The notes: a model not told the origin generated them from the letters alone. A stretch of DNA of 64,000 nt from Anaerolineales bacterium (GCA_036397095.1 DASWJQ010000108.1:5385-69384); one strand, 5' to 3'. Shown: positions 28,257 to 37,190, counted from the stretch's first letter. Numbers and translations: made by a program.

Positions 28257-29030
28257 TTACAGGGGCAGTACGGCCGAGGGGTCGAGCCACAAGATAAAGT
28301 CGAGCTGTATGCCATCGGCGCCGGCGTCGAGCATTGCGTGCGCGGACTGCCGGTCCCCGATCCCGCCGGCGGCAATCAAGGGCAAAGAGACGTACGCCCG
28401 CAGCCGCGCAAGTTTGGCCAACATCAGCGGCAGCATGGCCGGTCCATAGAGGCGGCCGCCAAACGGGCCTTCGGGCCGCGCCACGCGGCCGTGCGCTGGT
28501 CCGAAGGAGAGCGCTCGACAGCCGGCTTCGGCCGCCTCCAAGAACAGATCGTCGGGCTCGTCCAGACCCAGGCGCACCACCACCGGCAGCTCGGCCGACT
28601 GGCTGAGGCGGCCGACCACCTGCAGCAGCGCCGGGCCCGGCCTCTCGAGGCCGATTTCGATGGCGGCAACGTGCTCGTGCGCTTCCGTTTCAAGGATCAT
28701 CGTCTCCAATTCGGCCGGATCCCCGATCAGGTGGACGATGCGCGGCAGCGGGGGATTGGCGGGCGGCGGTTTGCGCAGCCCGGCTGTCAACCCGGGATTG
28801 GGCAGGCCGCTATGGAGCACGAAGCCGCCAGCGGTCTCAGCAACGCCGGCGTTGGCTGCCGGCGACCGCCGGTGGTGCGACAGCGGATTGGTGATAAATG
28901 CCCCCAAGTGCCGGAGTTCCAGCCAGCCGTCGGCCTCGTTGTGCCAACCGAGGGTGCCGGCCGCGTTCATGACCGGCGGATCGACCTCCAGCTCGCGCTT
29001 GCCGCTCGAAAGAAGCAGTGGCTTAGCCAC
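28257..29030 (-). CDS. dihydroorotate-dehydrogenase-like (class 1B PyrD-like) TIM-barrel flavoprotein, divergent and short
   Basis: GTG 29030 overlaps the PyrK-like stop by 8 nt. VMNAAGTLG (compare MNASGTFG) and the C-terminal PLIAAGGIGDRQSAHAMLDAGADGIQL FMN-phosphate-site-like motif are present. Confidence 0.6.
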   Translation of the reverse strand: MAKPLLLSSGKRELEVDPPVMNAAGTLGWHNEADGWLELRHLGAFITNPLSHHRRSPAANAGVAETAGGFVLHSGLPNPGLTAGLRKPPPANPPLPRIVHLIGDPAELETMILETEAHEHVAAIEIGLERPGPALLQVVGRLSQSAELPVVVRLGLDEPDDLFLEAAEAGCRALSFGPAHGRVARPEGPFGGRLYGPAMLPLMLAKLARLRAYVSLPLIAAGGIGDRQSAHAMLDAGADGIQLDFILWLDPSAVLPL

Positions 29031-29733
29031 GCAGCTCACCCAGGGCAAAAACGGGTCCATCCTGACACAACCAGCGCCAGCCGTGCCCGGTTCGAAGCGA
29101 GCAAGCCCCGCAGGCGCCGAAGCCGCACGCCAGGCGATCGAGCAGGAGCAGCTCGGCCGGCGGCGATCCCAACGGCGCGTGCCGGTCCAACCATTCCATT
29201 GTCGCCGCCAGCGTCTGGCGGTCGGCCAGCAGGGCGACGTAGTCGGCCCAGGCCAGGGCTCCTTCGGGTTCCGTGGCGACCTCGACCTCCGGCGGCAGGC
29301 CGGCGACCGGCGGGTGGCCGGCCAGGGTCAGGGCGACACCGGTATCCAGACCACGGGTCATCAAGGGCAGCAGCGGGCCGGCATCGCCATGCGGGGCCAC
29401 CAACAACCAGCGCCGGGCCGCTATCGGCGGTTGGAAACCCGGCCCGATGGGGCCCCGCAAGCCGACTTGATCCGCCGGCAGCCACCTTTCTCCCTGCGGC
29501 AGCCGGCAGGTGAACGCCTCGGCCGTGATTGCGATCGGATACAGGGTGTGGACCAAGGCACTGCTGCTGGCCTGCTGGCAGGCCAGCATTGGCTGGCCGG
29601 GCCGAGGCAAGCTGGCGGGTGGGCAGCGCAGCCGGACGGTGTCTTGTCCGGCGACATCGCGACCAATGCTCTCGACCGTAGCCACCATGCTGCCCATGCG
29701 GTCGATGCTAGCATGCTGCCGCCGGCGGGACAA
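29023..29733 (-). CDS. PyrK-like electron-transfer subunit ([2Fe-2S] C-terminus), degenerate flavin domain
   Basis: The C-terminal CGFGACGACS...WLCQDGP is the PyrK-type cluster motif. The usual RPxS FAD motif position reads LYPIAI. Confidence 0.6.
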   Translation of the reverse strand: MSRRRQHASIDRMGSMVATVESIGRDVAGQDTVRLRCPPASLPRPGQPMLACQQASSSALVHTLYPIAITAEAFTCRLPQGERWLPADQVGLRGPIGPGFQPPIAARRWLLVAPHGDAGPLLPLMTRGLDTGVALTLAGHPPVAGLPPEVEVATEPEGALAWADYVALLADRQTLAATMEWLDRHAPLGSPPAELLLLDRLACGFGACGACSLRTGHGWRWLCQDGPVFALGELRG

Positions 29734-29767
29734 CGTCAGCTAGCTGTCAATGCGCCCTAAGTCCGCA

Positions 29768-29776
29768 TGCTATAAT
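29768..29776 (+). promoter_or_regulatory. extended -10 promoter (TGCTATAAT) for the SPFH gene
   Basis: TGnTATAAT lies about 53 nt upstream of GTG 29829. The -35 is weak. Confidence 0.45.
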
Positions 29777-29828
29777 CCGGCCGATTTGGGATCCATCGCG
29801 GGTTCTGGCGAGTGCCGAGGAGGCCTAG

Positions 29829-30869
29829 GTGAACGTTGCTGAGTTGCTGCGTGGCGTTGCCACCCTGTCGTGGGTGGCGGCTTTTGTCATCATCGCTTTG
29901 GCGGTTGTTCGGGCCACCCGCGGGACGGCCCTGCGCGGCGCATCTACCATCGTGATCGCCGTGATTGTGGCGGCGCTTGTGTTGACCAGTGTCAGCGCCG
30001 GACTGGTTTTTATCCAGCCCGAAGAGCGGGGCATCGTGATCTCGGCAATCGAGCCGGGCGGCTACCGAGAGCAGGCGCTTCCGCCGGGCTTGCACTGGAT
30101 TGTGCCGTTCGCCGAATCGGTCGTACGTTACCCGATCTCCCGCCAGACCTACACAATGTCGATCGCCCCAACCGAGGGTCAGATCTCGGGTGATGATTCG
30201 GTCTTCTCCCGCACGGCCGATGGACAGGAAGTGCTGATTGACGCTTCGGTGATTTTTGCCATCGATCCCGACAAGATCATTCAGGTCCACATCGCCTGGC
30301 AGGACCGCTATGCCAATGACTTCGTGCGGCCGCTGGCGCGCGGCATCATCCGCGATGAGGCCGCACAATACGGGGTCGAAGAAATCGTCACCTCACAGCG
30401 TCTTGAGTTGATCACCGGCATCATCGAGCGGATGACCCAGCGGCTGGCGGACAACGGCTTGCTGCTCGAGGAGTTCGTCCTCCGCAACATCACTTTCAGC
30501 CCCGAGTACGCCGCCTCGGTCGAGCAAAAGCAAATCGCCGAGCAGCGGGCGCAGGAAGCGGCCCTGACCGTCGAGCAGCGCCGGCAGGAGGCCGAACAGG
30601 CCCGCCAGGTGGCGCAGGGTCAGGCCGACGCCCAGGTTATCGCCGCCCAGGGTAGGGCGGAGAGCCGGCTGATCGAGGCCGAAGCCGAAGCCGAAGCGCT
30701 GGGTCTGATCGCCGATGCCATCCGGGAAAACCCGGCCATCATCACGTACGAGTACATTCAGCGGTTGGCGCCGGGCATCCAGGTGATGCTGGTGCCCAAC
30801 GACAATCCGTTCTTGCTGCCGCTGCCGGGCCTGGAAGCGCCGAGCACCGGAACTACTCAGACTCCGTAG
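29829..30869 (+). CDS. SPFH/Band-7 (prohibitin/HflC-like) membrane protein
   Basis: GTG start after GAGGAGG. It has an N-terminal TM helix, an SPFH core (GLHWIVPF...DGQEVLIDASV) and a C-terminal Ala/Glu/Gln coiled coil. Confidence 0.85.
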   Translation: MNVAELLRGVATLSWVAAFVIIALAVVRATRGTALRGASTIVIAVIVAALVLTSVSAGLVFIQPEERGIVISAIEPGGYREQALPPGLHWIVPFAESVVRYPISRQTYTMSIAPTEGQISGDDSVFSRTADGQEVLIDASVIFAIDPDKIIQVHIAWQDRYANDFVRPLARGIIRDEAAQYGVEEIVTSQRLELITGIIERMTQRLADNGLLLEEFVLRNITFSPEYAASVEQKQIAEQRAQEAALTVEQRRQEAEQARQVAQGQADAQVIAAQGRAESRLIEAEAEAEALGLIADAIRENPAIITYEYIQRLAPGIQVMLVPNDNPFLLPLPGLEAPSTGTTQTP

Positions 30870-30890
30870 ACAGAACGCACAGCAAGCGAT

Positions 30891-30920
30891 ACGGCCCCTG
30901 CGCAAGCGGGGGCCGTTTTG
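30891..30920 (+). terminator. intrinsic terminator of the SPFH gene
   Basis: ACGGCCCC-loop-GGGGCCGT followed by TTTT. Confidence 0.75.
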
Positions 30921-30926
30921 ATTCCC

Positions 30927-31007
30927 GGACCACAGACGATGGACCAAGGACGATGGGGACCGCCGACGGCCGACGGCGGACACCGGACCGCGGACGACAA
31001 CGGAGAC
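30927..31007. repeat. degenerate heptanucleotide (GAC every 7 nt) tandem array
   Basis: GGACCAC AGACGAT GGACCAA GGACGAT ... CGGACAC CGGACCG CGGACGA was read by eye. The periodicity was not computed. Confidence 0.55.
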
Positions 31008-31071
31008 CCCTGAGTCCGCTCAGGGATCGTGCGTCGTATTCAGGTCCAGGTCGCATTGAAACCAACCCGTA

Positions 31072-31093
31072 GGGGCGCATTGCAATGCGCCCC
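31072..31093. repeat. perfect 22-nt palindrome (REP-like hairpin)
   Basis: GGGGCGCATTGCAATGCGCCCC is its own reverse complement and is preceded by GTA, giving GTAGGGGCG. Confidence 0.8.
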
Positions 31094-31140
31094 AATAATG
31101 TTACGGGATCAGCGGCCGGTCGCCGGCGCCAAACCGAGGG

Positions 31141-31284
31141 CGATGGATCATCGTGACGGTCGATATGGGCCGTGGACCGCGGACGATGGCCGCGGACGAA
31201 ATGGACCGCCGACGGCGGACCGCGCTCGATACGGTCGATCGTCCATGGTCCGTCCTTGCCGTCCGCGGTCAGCCGTCTGCGGTC
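31141..31284. repeat. second heptamer array, switching from GAC-type to its complement (GTC-type)
   Basis: ...GGACCGC GGACGAT GGCCGCG GACGAAA TGGACCG CCGACGG... is followed by CGTCCAT GGTCCGT CCTTGCC GTCCGCG GTCAGCC GTCTGCG GTC, ending at the kinase stop codon. GACCGCGGACG (31176) is complementary to CGTCCGCGGTC (31260). Confidence 0.5.
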
Positions 31285-32242
31285 ATGCTCCCCATTGCTC
31301 TCCCAACACCTCGCTTGCTTCCGGCTCGAACTGCGCCAGCATCGCCTGGATCTCCTGGCGCGTCGGCACATTGTGGCCCGTGCCCAGCTTGCGCACCTTG
31401 GCCGCCCCGGCGGCGTTGGCCAGGGCTCCCAAGGTGATCAGATCGAGGTTGCGCAGCCAGCCGAATACCACGGCCGCATCCAGGCTGTCGCCGGCGCCGG
31501 TGGCGTCGCGCACCTCGACCGGCAAGCCGGGGGCGATTTCGGTCGCCTCGTCGGTCAGCAGCAGGCAGCCGGCCACGCCGCGCTTCATCACAATCAGAGA
31601 TGGGCCGGCCTCGAGCAGCGCTTTGGCCGAGGCCAGCGGGTCGGGCAGCCCGGTCAGCCGGCTGGCCTCGCTCTCGGTGGCCAATACGACGGTCGCTAGC
31701 CTGGCAGCCTGTTCGTGCCAGGCAAGGCTCAGGTCGGGGTTGCCCGGCCCAGGGTCGAAAAACGATGGCACCTGGGCTTGCTTGGCCGCTTCGAGCCCGG
31801 CCAGGATTACCTGGTGCTCATGCGGCTGATCCTCCCATCCGTCGGCGAAAAGGGCTTCGGAGTTTGCGATCGCCTGACTCCACTCGGGAAGCAGTTCTTC
31901 GATCGTCAGATTGCCCCGGTACCCTAGGTAGGCGGGTTCACCCTGGCTGTCGACGATGACGGCGGCTACCGGCGTTTCGGATGCGTTGGTCCGCCGGATC
32001 AGATCGGTGTCGATCCCTTCGTGCGCCAGGCCGTCCACCACCAACTGCCCAAAGCGGTCTTCGCCGACTTCGCCCAGGCAAGCGACGGACAGCCCCAGCC
32101 GGGCGGCGACGATGGCGACGTTGGAGGCGCCGCCCGGCCCCAGACTCAAGTAGTCGGCACGTATTAGCGCACCGGCCTGGACGGGAAACGAAGCGATGCG
32201 CAGGTTGAAGTCGGCGATCAAATCGCCCAGGATGGTGATCAT
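31283..32242 (-). CDS. PfkB-family carbohydrate/nucleoside kinase (ribokinase-like)
   Basis: The N-terminus has GPGGASNVAIVAARLG and the C-terminus has DATGAGDSLDAAVVFG (PfkB signature 2). Confidence 0.85.
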   Translation of the reverse strand: MITILGDLIADFNLRIASFPVQAGALIRADYLSLGPGGASNVAIVAARLGLSVACLGEVGEDRFGQLVVDGLAHEGIDTDLIRRTNASETPVAAVIVDSQGEPAYLGYRGNLTIEELLPEWSQAIANSEALFADGWEDQPHEHQVILAGLEAAKQAQVPSFFDPGPGNPDLSLAWHEQAARLATVVLATESEASRLTGLPDPLASAKALLEAGPSLIVMKRGVAGCLLLTDEATEIAPGLPVEVRDATGAGDSLDAAVVFGWLRNLDLITLGALANAAGAAKVRKLGTGHNVPTRQEIQAMLAQFEPEASEVLGEQWGA

Positions 32243-33063
32243 GGACGCCCTCCTTGCGGGCGATGTTGTCGCTCATAGTCTGCTATGAAGTTTTCCACGG
32301 TCAGCGGCCACCCCTCAAGCCCCAGAGCCGCCGCCAGACGCATCATCTGCGGCTGCTCGACGGCGGCCCTGGCCAGTAGGTCCGTCTGGCTCAGGACTTG
32401 GGCCAGTGGGCCGTCGGCCAAAACCTGGCCATCGGCCATCAAGACCCCGCGTTCCAAGTGTTCGCTGCAGAAATCAATGTCATGCGAAATTACGATAATG
32501 GTCCGGCCGTCCGCTTCCAACCGATCGAGCACCGCCGCCAGGACGCGCAAGCCGGCCGCGTCCTGGCCGGTGGTCGGTTCGTCGATTACAACGATCGGTG
32601 TCTCCAGTGCCAGCGTGGCGGCCAATGCCACCAGCTTGCGGTCGGTCGGCTGGAGATCATAGGGGTGAGTGTCTGCCCGGGCCGCCAGGCCAACGAGACC
32701 CAGCACCGCCCTCACCCTGCGGTCGACTTCGCCGGCCGACAATCCCAGGTTCTTGGGCCCAAAGGCGACCTCCGCCCGCACGGTGCGTTCGAACAGTTGG
32801 TCGTCGGGGTTTTGAAAAGCATAGCCGACGCGGGCCGCCAGTTCGGCCGGGCTGTGCTCGAGCGTGGACCAGTCACCGATTTCGACCACGCCCGAGTCGG
32901 GCTTGAGCAAACCGTTCAGGTGTTTGGCCAGCGTGGTCTTGCCGGCGCCGTTTTCACCGAGGATGGCGATCCTTTCGCCCGGCTCGATGGTCAGATCGAC
33001 GCCGTCCAACGCCACCACATCGGGGGCATAGGCGAACCCGACCGATTCCAGGTGAATCCTCAT
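32239..33063 (-). CDS. ECF-transporter ATPase component (EcfA-like)
   Basis: Start moved to ATG 33063 (ATGA overlap with the upstream ATPase). Walker A GENGAGKTT, Walker B VIDEPTTGQD. Confidence 0.85.
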   Translation of the reverse strand: MRIHLESVGFAYAPDVVALDGVDLTIEPGERIAILGENGAGKTTLAKHLNGLLKPDSGVVEIGDWSTLEHSPAELAARVGYAFQNPDDQLFERTVRAEVAFGPKNLGLSAGEVDRRVRAVLGLVGLAARADTHPYDLQPTDRKLVALAATLALETPIVVIDEPTTGQDAAGLRVLAAVLDRLEADGRTIIVISHDIDFCSEHLERGVLMADGQVLADGPLAQVLSQTDLLARAAVEQPQMMRLAAALGLEGWPLTVENFIADYERQHRPQGGRP

Positions 33064-33896
33064 GAGAAGTACTCGATCGCCTGGGAAAGGGTGACCGGAA
33101 GCGGCCGATCGGCAGGGATCAGGCCCCGCTGTCGGGCCAGGCGGCCGGCGCGCGTGTAGCGTGTCTGGCCCAGGCCGGGCCGCGTGGTTTCGTCGGCGAC
33201 CAACGCCTGGTCGGGAGGCGCGTCTTCGACAATGCGGCCGTCGTCGAGCACGACCACGCGATCGGCGAAGGCTGCCACCCACTCCAGCTTGTGCTCGGCT
33301 ATCACGATCGTTGTACCGCGCTCGCCTGTGAGCCGGTCGAGCGCCTCAAACACCTGGCGCGTGCCGACCGGATCGAGCTGCGAGGTCGGTTCGTCCAGCA
33401 CCAGCAGTTCGGGCTCCATCACCACAATCGAAGCCAACGCAAGACGCTGCTGCTGGCCGCCGGACAGGGCAAAGGGTGAGCGGTCGCCCAGACCTTCGAG
33501 ACCGGCCAGTGCCAGGGCCCGATCGATGCGTTCGTCCATCTGAGCGCGCGCAACGTTCAGGTTCTCCAAGCCGAAGGCGATCTCCTCCCTCACCGTGAAC
33601 CGGGCGCCGGAGATCTGATTGAACGGATCCTGGAAGACCAGCCCAACTTGACCGACAACCGAGGCCGGCCCGTCGGCGGCGACGTCATGCCCCAGCACCC
33701 GCAACCGCCCGTCGAAGTCGCCCCCGTAAAAGTGGGGCACAAAGCCAGCCAGCGCATACAGTAAGGTGGATTTCCCCGCGCCGTTGGCCCCGACCACGGC
33801 TACGAATTCGCCGGCCTTGATCTGCAATGTTATGTCTGCCAGCGCCGGCTGCTGGCTGGCCGGGTAGCGGTAGTTGACGTTCTCCAACTCAATCAT
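33060..33896 (-). CDS. ECF-transporter ATPase component (EcfA-like)
   Basis: Start moved to ATG 33896 (ATGA overlap with ecfT). Walker A GANGAGKST, signature LSGGQQQR, Walker B LVLDEPTSQLD. Confidence 0.85.
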   Translation of the reverse strand: MIELENVNYRYPASQQPALADITLQIKAGEFVAVVGANGAGKSTLLYALAGFVPHFYGGDFDGRLRVLGHDVAADGPASVVGQVGLVFQDPFNQISGARFTVREEIAFGLENLNVARAQMDERIDRALALAGLEGLGDRSPFALSGGQQQRLALASIVVMEPELLVLDEPTSQLDPVGTRQVFEALDRLTGERGTTIVIAEHKLEWVAAFADRVVVLDDGRIVEDAPPDQALVADETTRPGLGQTRYTRAGRLARQRGLIPADRPLPVTLSQAIEYFS

Positions 33897-34678
33897 GGAA
33901 TAATCAGCAGGGCCAGCCGGCCGACCACTGCCAGGACGGAAAGTACGATAAGGGCCGCTCGCAGGATCGATTGCCACTGGCTGTCAACTAGCTGCAGGTA
34001 GCTGGTCTTCGGCCCCGGCCGGCTGAAGCCTCGGGCCTCAAGTGCCATCGCTCGCTGCTCGACATCGACAATGCTGCCAAGCACCAGCGGCACGACGAGC
34101 GGGATCAATGCCCGACCACGTTGGATGAGAGACCCTTCCAAGCGCAGGCCACGCGACTGCTGGGCGTCCATGATGGTCTGAGCTCGAGCCTGAAAGCGCG
34201 GCACGATCTGGATAGTGGCCAGCACGATGTAAGTGATCGTAGGCGGCAAGCCGCGCTCGGTCAGGGCAATCATCAAGGCGTCGGGTCGGGTGGAGAGGAT
34301 CAGAAGCAAGAAGGCGGTCACAACGGTCAGGATGCGCCCGGTGCTGGCGATGGCGAAGGAGATGCCTTCGGCCTTGACCGATAGCGGCCCGAGTTGCAGT
34401 ACAGGCGTGCCGCCGGTCCAGAACAGTCCCTGGATGACGAAGACCGACACGGCAAATGGAAGGACGATCCGCCAGACGGCGTTGCCCAAGCGGCCGGCTA
34501 ATCCACCCCAGGCAGCCAGCGGGAGTACAAAGAGCGCAACCAGCAGGTAGGTGCCCCACCGGCCGGGAAGTGTCAGACCCGCCAACAAGGCAAAACCCGC
34601 CAACGAAAGTTTCGTCAGCGGGTGAAGGTGGTGCAGGCCCGAATTGCCTGGGGCGTACAGACTGACCTGGTCGGGCAT
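33893..34678 (-). CDS. ecfT: ECF-transporter transmembrane (T) component
   Basis: It has CbiQ/EcfT-type topology and the conserved ARG-containing coupling helices (MALEARGF). Confidence 0.8.
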   Translation of the reverse strand: MPDQVSLYAPGNSGLHHLHPLTKLSLAGFALLAGLTLPGRWGTYLLVALFVLPLAAWGGLAGRLGNAVWRIVLPFAVSVFVIQGLFWTGGTPVLQLGPLSVKAEGISFAIASTGRILTVVTAFLLLILSTRPDALMIALTERGLPPTITYIVLATIQIVPRFQARAQTIMDAQQSRGLRLEGSLIQRGRALIPLVVPLVLGSIVDVEQRAMALEARGFSRPGPKTSYLQLVDSQWQSILRAALIVLSVLAVVGRLALLIIP

Positions 34679-34721
34679 TACGGGTCGAGGTGTGCCCCTG
34701 GGTGGTGGCTGATAGGTGTTG

Positions 34722-35315
34722 CTACTGGACGTTCTCCGCCCGCGGGAAGCGAGCCAGGAACCGGCCCGGCAGGGCCCGCACGATCAGCCACACAATGAAG
34801 AAGGTGATGGCCTTATCGAGCGGATCGGAGGCCACACCTTGCGCCATCGAAGCGCCAAGCACATCCAATCCCATTTGGCGGAAGGCAGCCACCAGGATGT
34901 CGGTGCCGCCGCCGGTGACGCCGCCAAACACGTAGGCGGCGATGGGGGCCGAGATGACGGCGGCGACCAAGCCCGTGATCAGTCCACCGACGATTACCTT
35001 CCACAATTTCTGGAACCAGCCGGCCTCGGCGAACAGGCCGGCCAGCAGGCCGATGACGGCGGCGACGGCGGCGAAGGGGGCGTAGGTGACGTTGAGGCCA
35101 GTCAGGCCCCAGATCAGGTTCGACAGCAATCCGGTCAGGGCGCCGGCCCAGGGCCCGGCCAGCACGCCAACCAAGACCGTGCCGATCGAGTCGAGATAGG
35201 CAACGACGACCGGGATCTTGAGCGAGTAAACGATCTGTCCAATGGCGATATTGATGGCGATGGCTAAGGGGATGAGCACCCAGGTCATTGTGTTGAAGTC
35301 ACGCTTGAGATTCAT
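34722..35315 (-). CDS. ECF-transporter substrate-capture (S) component, substrate unknown
   Basis: Start moved to ATG 35315 (GGGAGG RBS). It is a six-TM small hydrophobic protein heading an S-T-A-A gene set. Confidence 0.6.
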   Translation of the reverse strand: MNLKRDFNTMTWVLIPLAIAINIAIGQIVYSLKIPVVVAYLDSIGTVLVGVLAGPWAGALTGLLSNLIWGLTGLNVTYAPFAAVAAVIGLLAGLFAEAGWFQKLWKVIVGGLITGLVAAVISAPIAAYVFGGVTGGGTDILVAAFRQMGLDVLGASMAQGVASDPLDKAITFFIVWLIVRALPGRFLARFPRAENVQ

Positions 35316-35461
35316 GATGGCAGGCCTCCCAATGTTCCCATCCGGCAAGAGGAAAAACCACATCGACTATAGGCCAAAGGCCCTATTCTGTCCAGCGAAC
35401 GGCCCACCGATCGCTGTGCTATGCTACACGTCCGAACCAGCGTCCGCCTGCCGGAGGGCTC

Positions 35462-36142
35462 GTGCTGTTCGATGCTCTGTCGCTGAAGCATATCGCCCGC
35501 CCGCCGCTGTCCCCTACGGGCAAGCGGCCGCGCCTGCTGCTTATGCTTCACGGCGTGGGCAGCAACGAGCGCGACCTATTCCCGTTGGCTGCCGAGCTCG
35601 ATCCTCGCTTTTATGTGTTGAGCCTGCGTGGCCCTTATCAACTAGCGCCGGACCAATTCGGCTGGTACGAGCTGGCATTCACTCCTGGTGGCTTTGAATA
35701 CGATCCGGCTCAGGTCGAGGCCAGCCGGCGCAAACTGGCGGGCTTTGTCGATGAAGCCATCGAGCACTACCAGGCGGCCGATCGGGTCTACCTATTTGGC
35801 TTCAGCCAGGGTGCGACGTTGAGCCTGACCCTGCTGCTGACGGAACCAAGCCGGTTGGCGGCGGTGGTGGCGGTCGCCGGCCGTACCCTGCCCGAGCTGT
35901 TCCAGGCCTCCACTCCGCTCAGCGGCAGGCTGGCCGAGGCCAGCGAATTGAAGGGACACAGTTTGTTTCTGGCGCACGGGGTCGCCGACCGGATTTCCCC
36001 AGTCGCCTACGGCCGACAGGCGTCAAAGCTTATCGAGCGATCCCCAGTTGACATGACCTACCGCGAGTACGATATGGACCATACGATTGGTCCGCAATGT
36101 CTCAAAGAAATCGCGGCTTGGCTCGGGGGCCAAATGGCGTAG
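35462..36142 (+). CDS. alpha/beta-hydrolase (phospholipase/carboxylesterase family)
   Basis: It has HGVGSNERD, a nucleophile elbow GFSQGA and a C-terminal HGVADR...H triad pattern. GTG start. Confidence 0.8.
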   Translation: MLFDALSLKHIARPPLSPTGKRPRLLLMLHGVGSNERDLFPLAAELDPRFYVLSLRGPYQLAPDQFGWYELAFTPGGFEYDPAQVEASRRKLAGFVDEAIEHYQAADRVYLFGFSQGATLSLTLLLTEPSRLAAVVAVAGRTLPELFQASTPLSGRLAEASELKGHSLFLAHGVADRISPVAYGRQASKLIERSPVDMTYREYDMDHTIGPQCLKEIAAWLGGQMA

Positions 36143-36179
36143 CCCTTTGGCGATTGGGACCACGGAGAGAGGAGGGGAC

Positions 36180-37190
36180 ATGGCCGAGAATCACGCGGTC
36201 GCCAAGACGCGGCGGGCGCACACCAAAGACCTGCTTGAACTCGAGAACGTAATCGGAGTGGGTGAGGGCTACCGCGAGAGCGGTGGCCGCCGCACCGATG
36301 AGCTGGTAGTAGTTGTGCTGGTCCGCCAGAAGCTGCCCCGCGAACGTGTGCCCAGCTCACAGATGGTGCCCAAGACCCTCGACCAGGTGCCGACCGACGT
36401 CATCGAGGTCGGGGATGTGCGCGCCTTTGCCGAACGCACCGACCGGTTCCGGCCTGCGCCGCCGGGCGTCAGCCTGGGTCACTACCTTGTGACCGCCGGA
36501 ACCTTTGGCGCCGTGGTGCGCGACCGGGCGACCGGCGACCCGCTGATCCTCTCGAACAACCACGTGATGGCCAATAGCAACGACGCCCGCATCGGCGATC
36601 CCATCCTCCAGCCCGGCGCCGCCGATGGCGGGCAGCGGGCCAGCGACACGATCGCCGAGTTGGTACGCTTTGCCCCCATCGAATTCTTGGTCGAGCCGCC
36701 GGCCTGTTCGATTGCTTCGGGCGTGGCGGCGCTGGCCAACGCGGTTGCCCGCCTATTGAGCTCGAGCCATCGCCTGCAGGCCTACCAATCCCATCCCGAA
36801 GCCAGCAACCTGGTCGACGCAGCAGTGGCCGCGCCGGTCGATCCGAGCCTGATCGGGCATGATGTGCTCGAGATCGGCGCCATCAGCGGTGTGCGGCCGG
36901 CCTCCTTGGGGATGCCGGTGCGCAAGTCGGGCCGCTCGACCGGGTTCACGATGGGTGAGGTGAATATCCTGGACGCTACGATTTCCGTTGGCTATGGGCC
37001 ATCGCGGCGCGCCCGCTTCGAGGGCCAGATCATCACCAGCGCCATGTCGGCACCCGGCGATTCCGGTTCGCTGCTGGTGGCCGGTGACGGGCCGCAGGCC
37101 GTCGGCTTGCTCTTTGCCGGCTCCGAGCAAGTCACAATCCACAATCCAATCGAAGCTGTGCTGGCCGCGCTGGAGGTGGAATTGCCATGA
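36180..37190 (+). CDS. chymotrypsin-fold (S1-type) serine peptidase with N-terminal accessory domain
   Basis: Start moved to ATG 36180 (GAGAGGAGGGG RBS). It has candidate triad residues in LSNNHVM and VDAAV, plus GDSGSLLV. No obvious signal peptide is present. Confidence 0.65.
   Translation: MAENHAVAKTRRAHTKDLLELENVIGVGEGYRESGGRRTDELVVVVLVRQKLPRERVPSSQMVPKTLDQVPTDVIEVGDVRAFAERTDRFRPAPPGVSLGHYLVTAGTFGAVVRDRATGDPLILSNNHVMANSNDARIGDPILQPGAADGGQRASDTIAELVRFAPIEFLVEPPACSIASGVAALANAVARLLSSSHRLQAYQSHPEASNLVDAAVAAPVDPSLIGHDVLEIGAISGVRPASLGMPVRKSGRSTGFTMGEVNILDATISVGYGPSRRARFEGQIITSAMSAPGDSGSLLVAGDGPQAVGLLFAGSEQVTIHNPIEAVLAALEVELP

Noticed and set aside
28173-29513. 446-aa plus-strand ORF spanning the PyrD/PyrK-like region.
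   Set aside because: It is antisense to two genes with recognisable Fe-S and flavoprotein motifs. Its product is an Arg/Pro/Gly-rich string, so it is judged non-coding.
31029-31829. 266-aa plus-strand ORF beginning in the heptamer-repeat spacer.
   Set aside because: Its first part is just the translated heptamer arrays (…PWTADDGRGRNGPPTADRA…). The rest is antisense to the PfkB kinase gene.
35316-35461. TPP or other vitamin riboswitch in front of the ECF transporter operon.
   Set aside because: I could not find the CUGAGA / ACCUGAUCUGGAUAAUGCCAGCG-type conserved cores or any other riboswitch signature I recognise. The region is only 146 nt and must also hold two divergent promoters.
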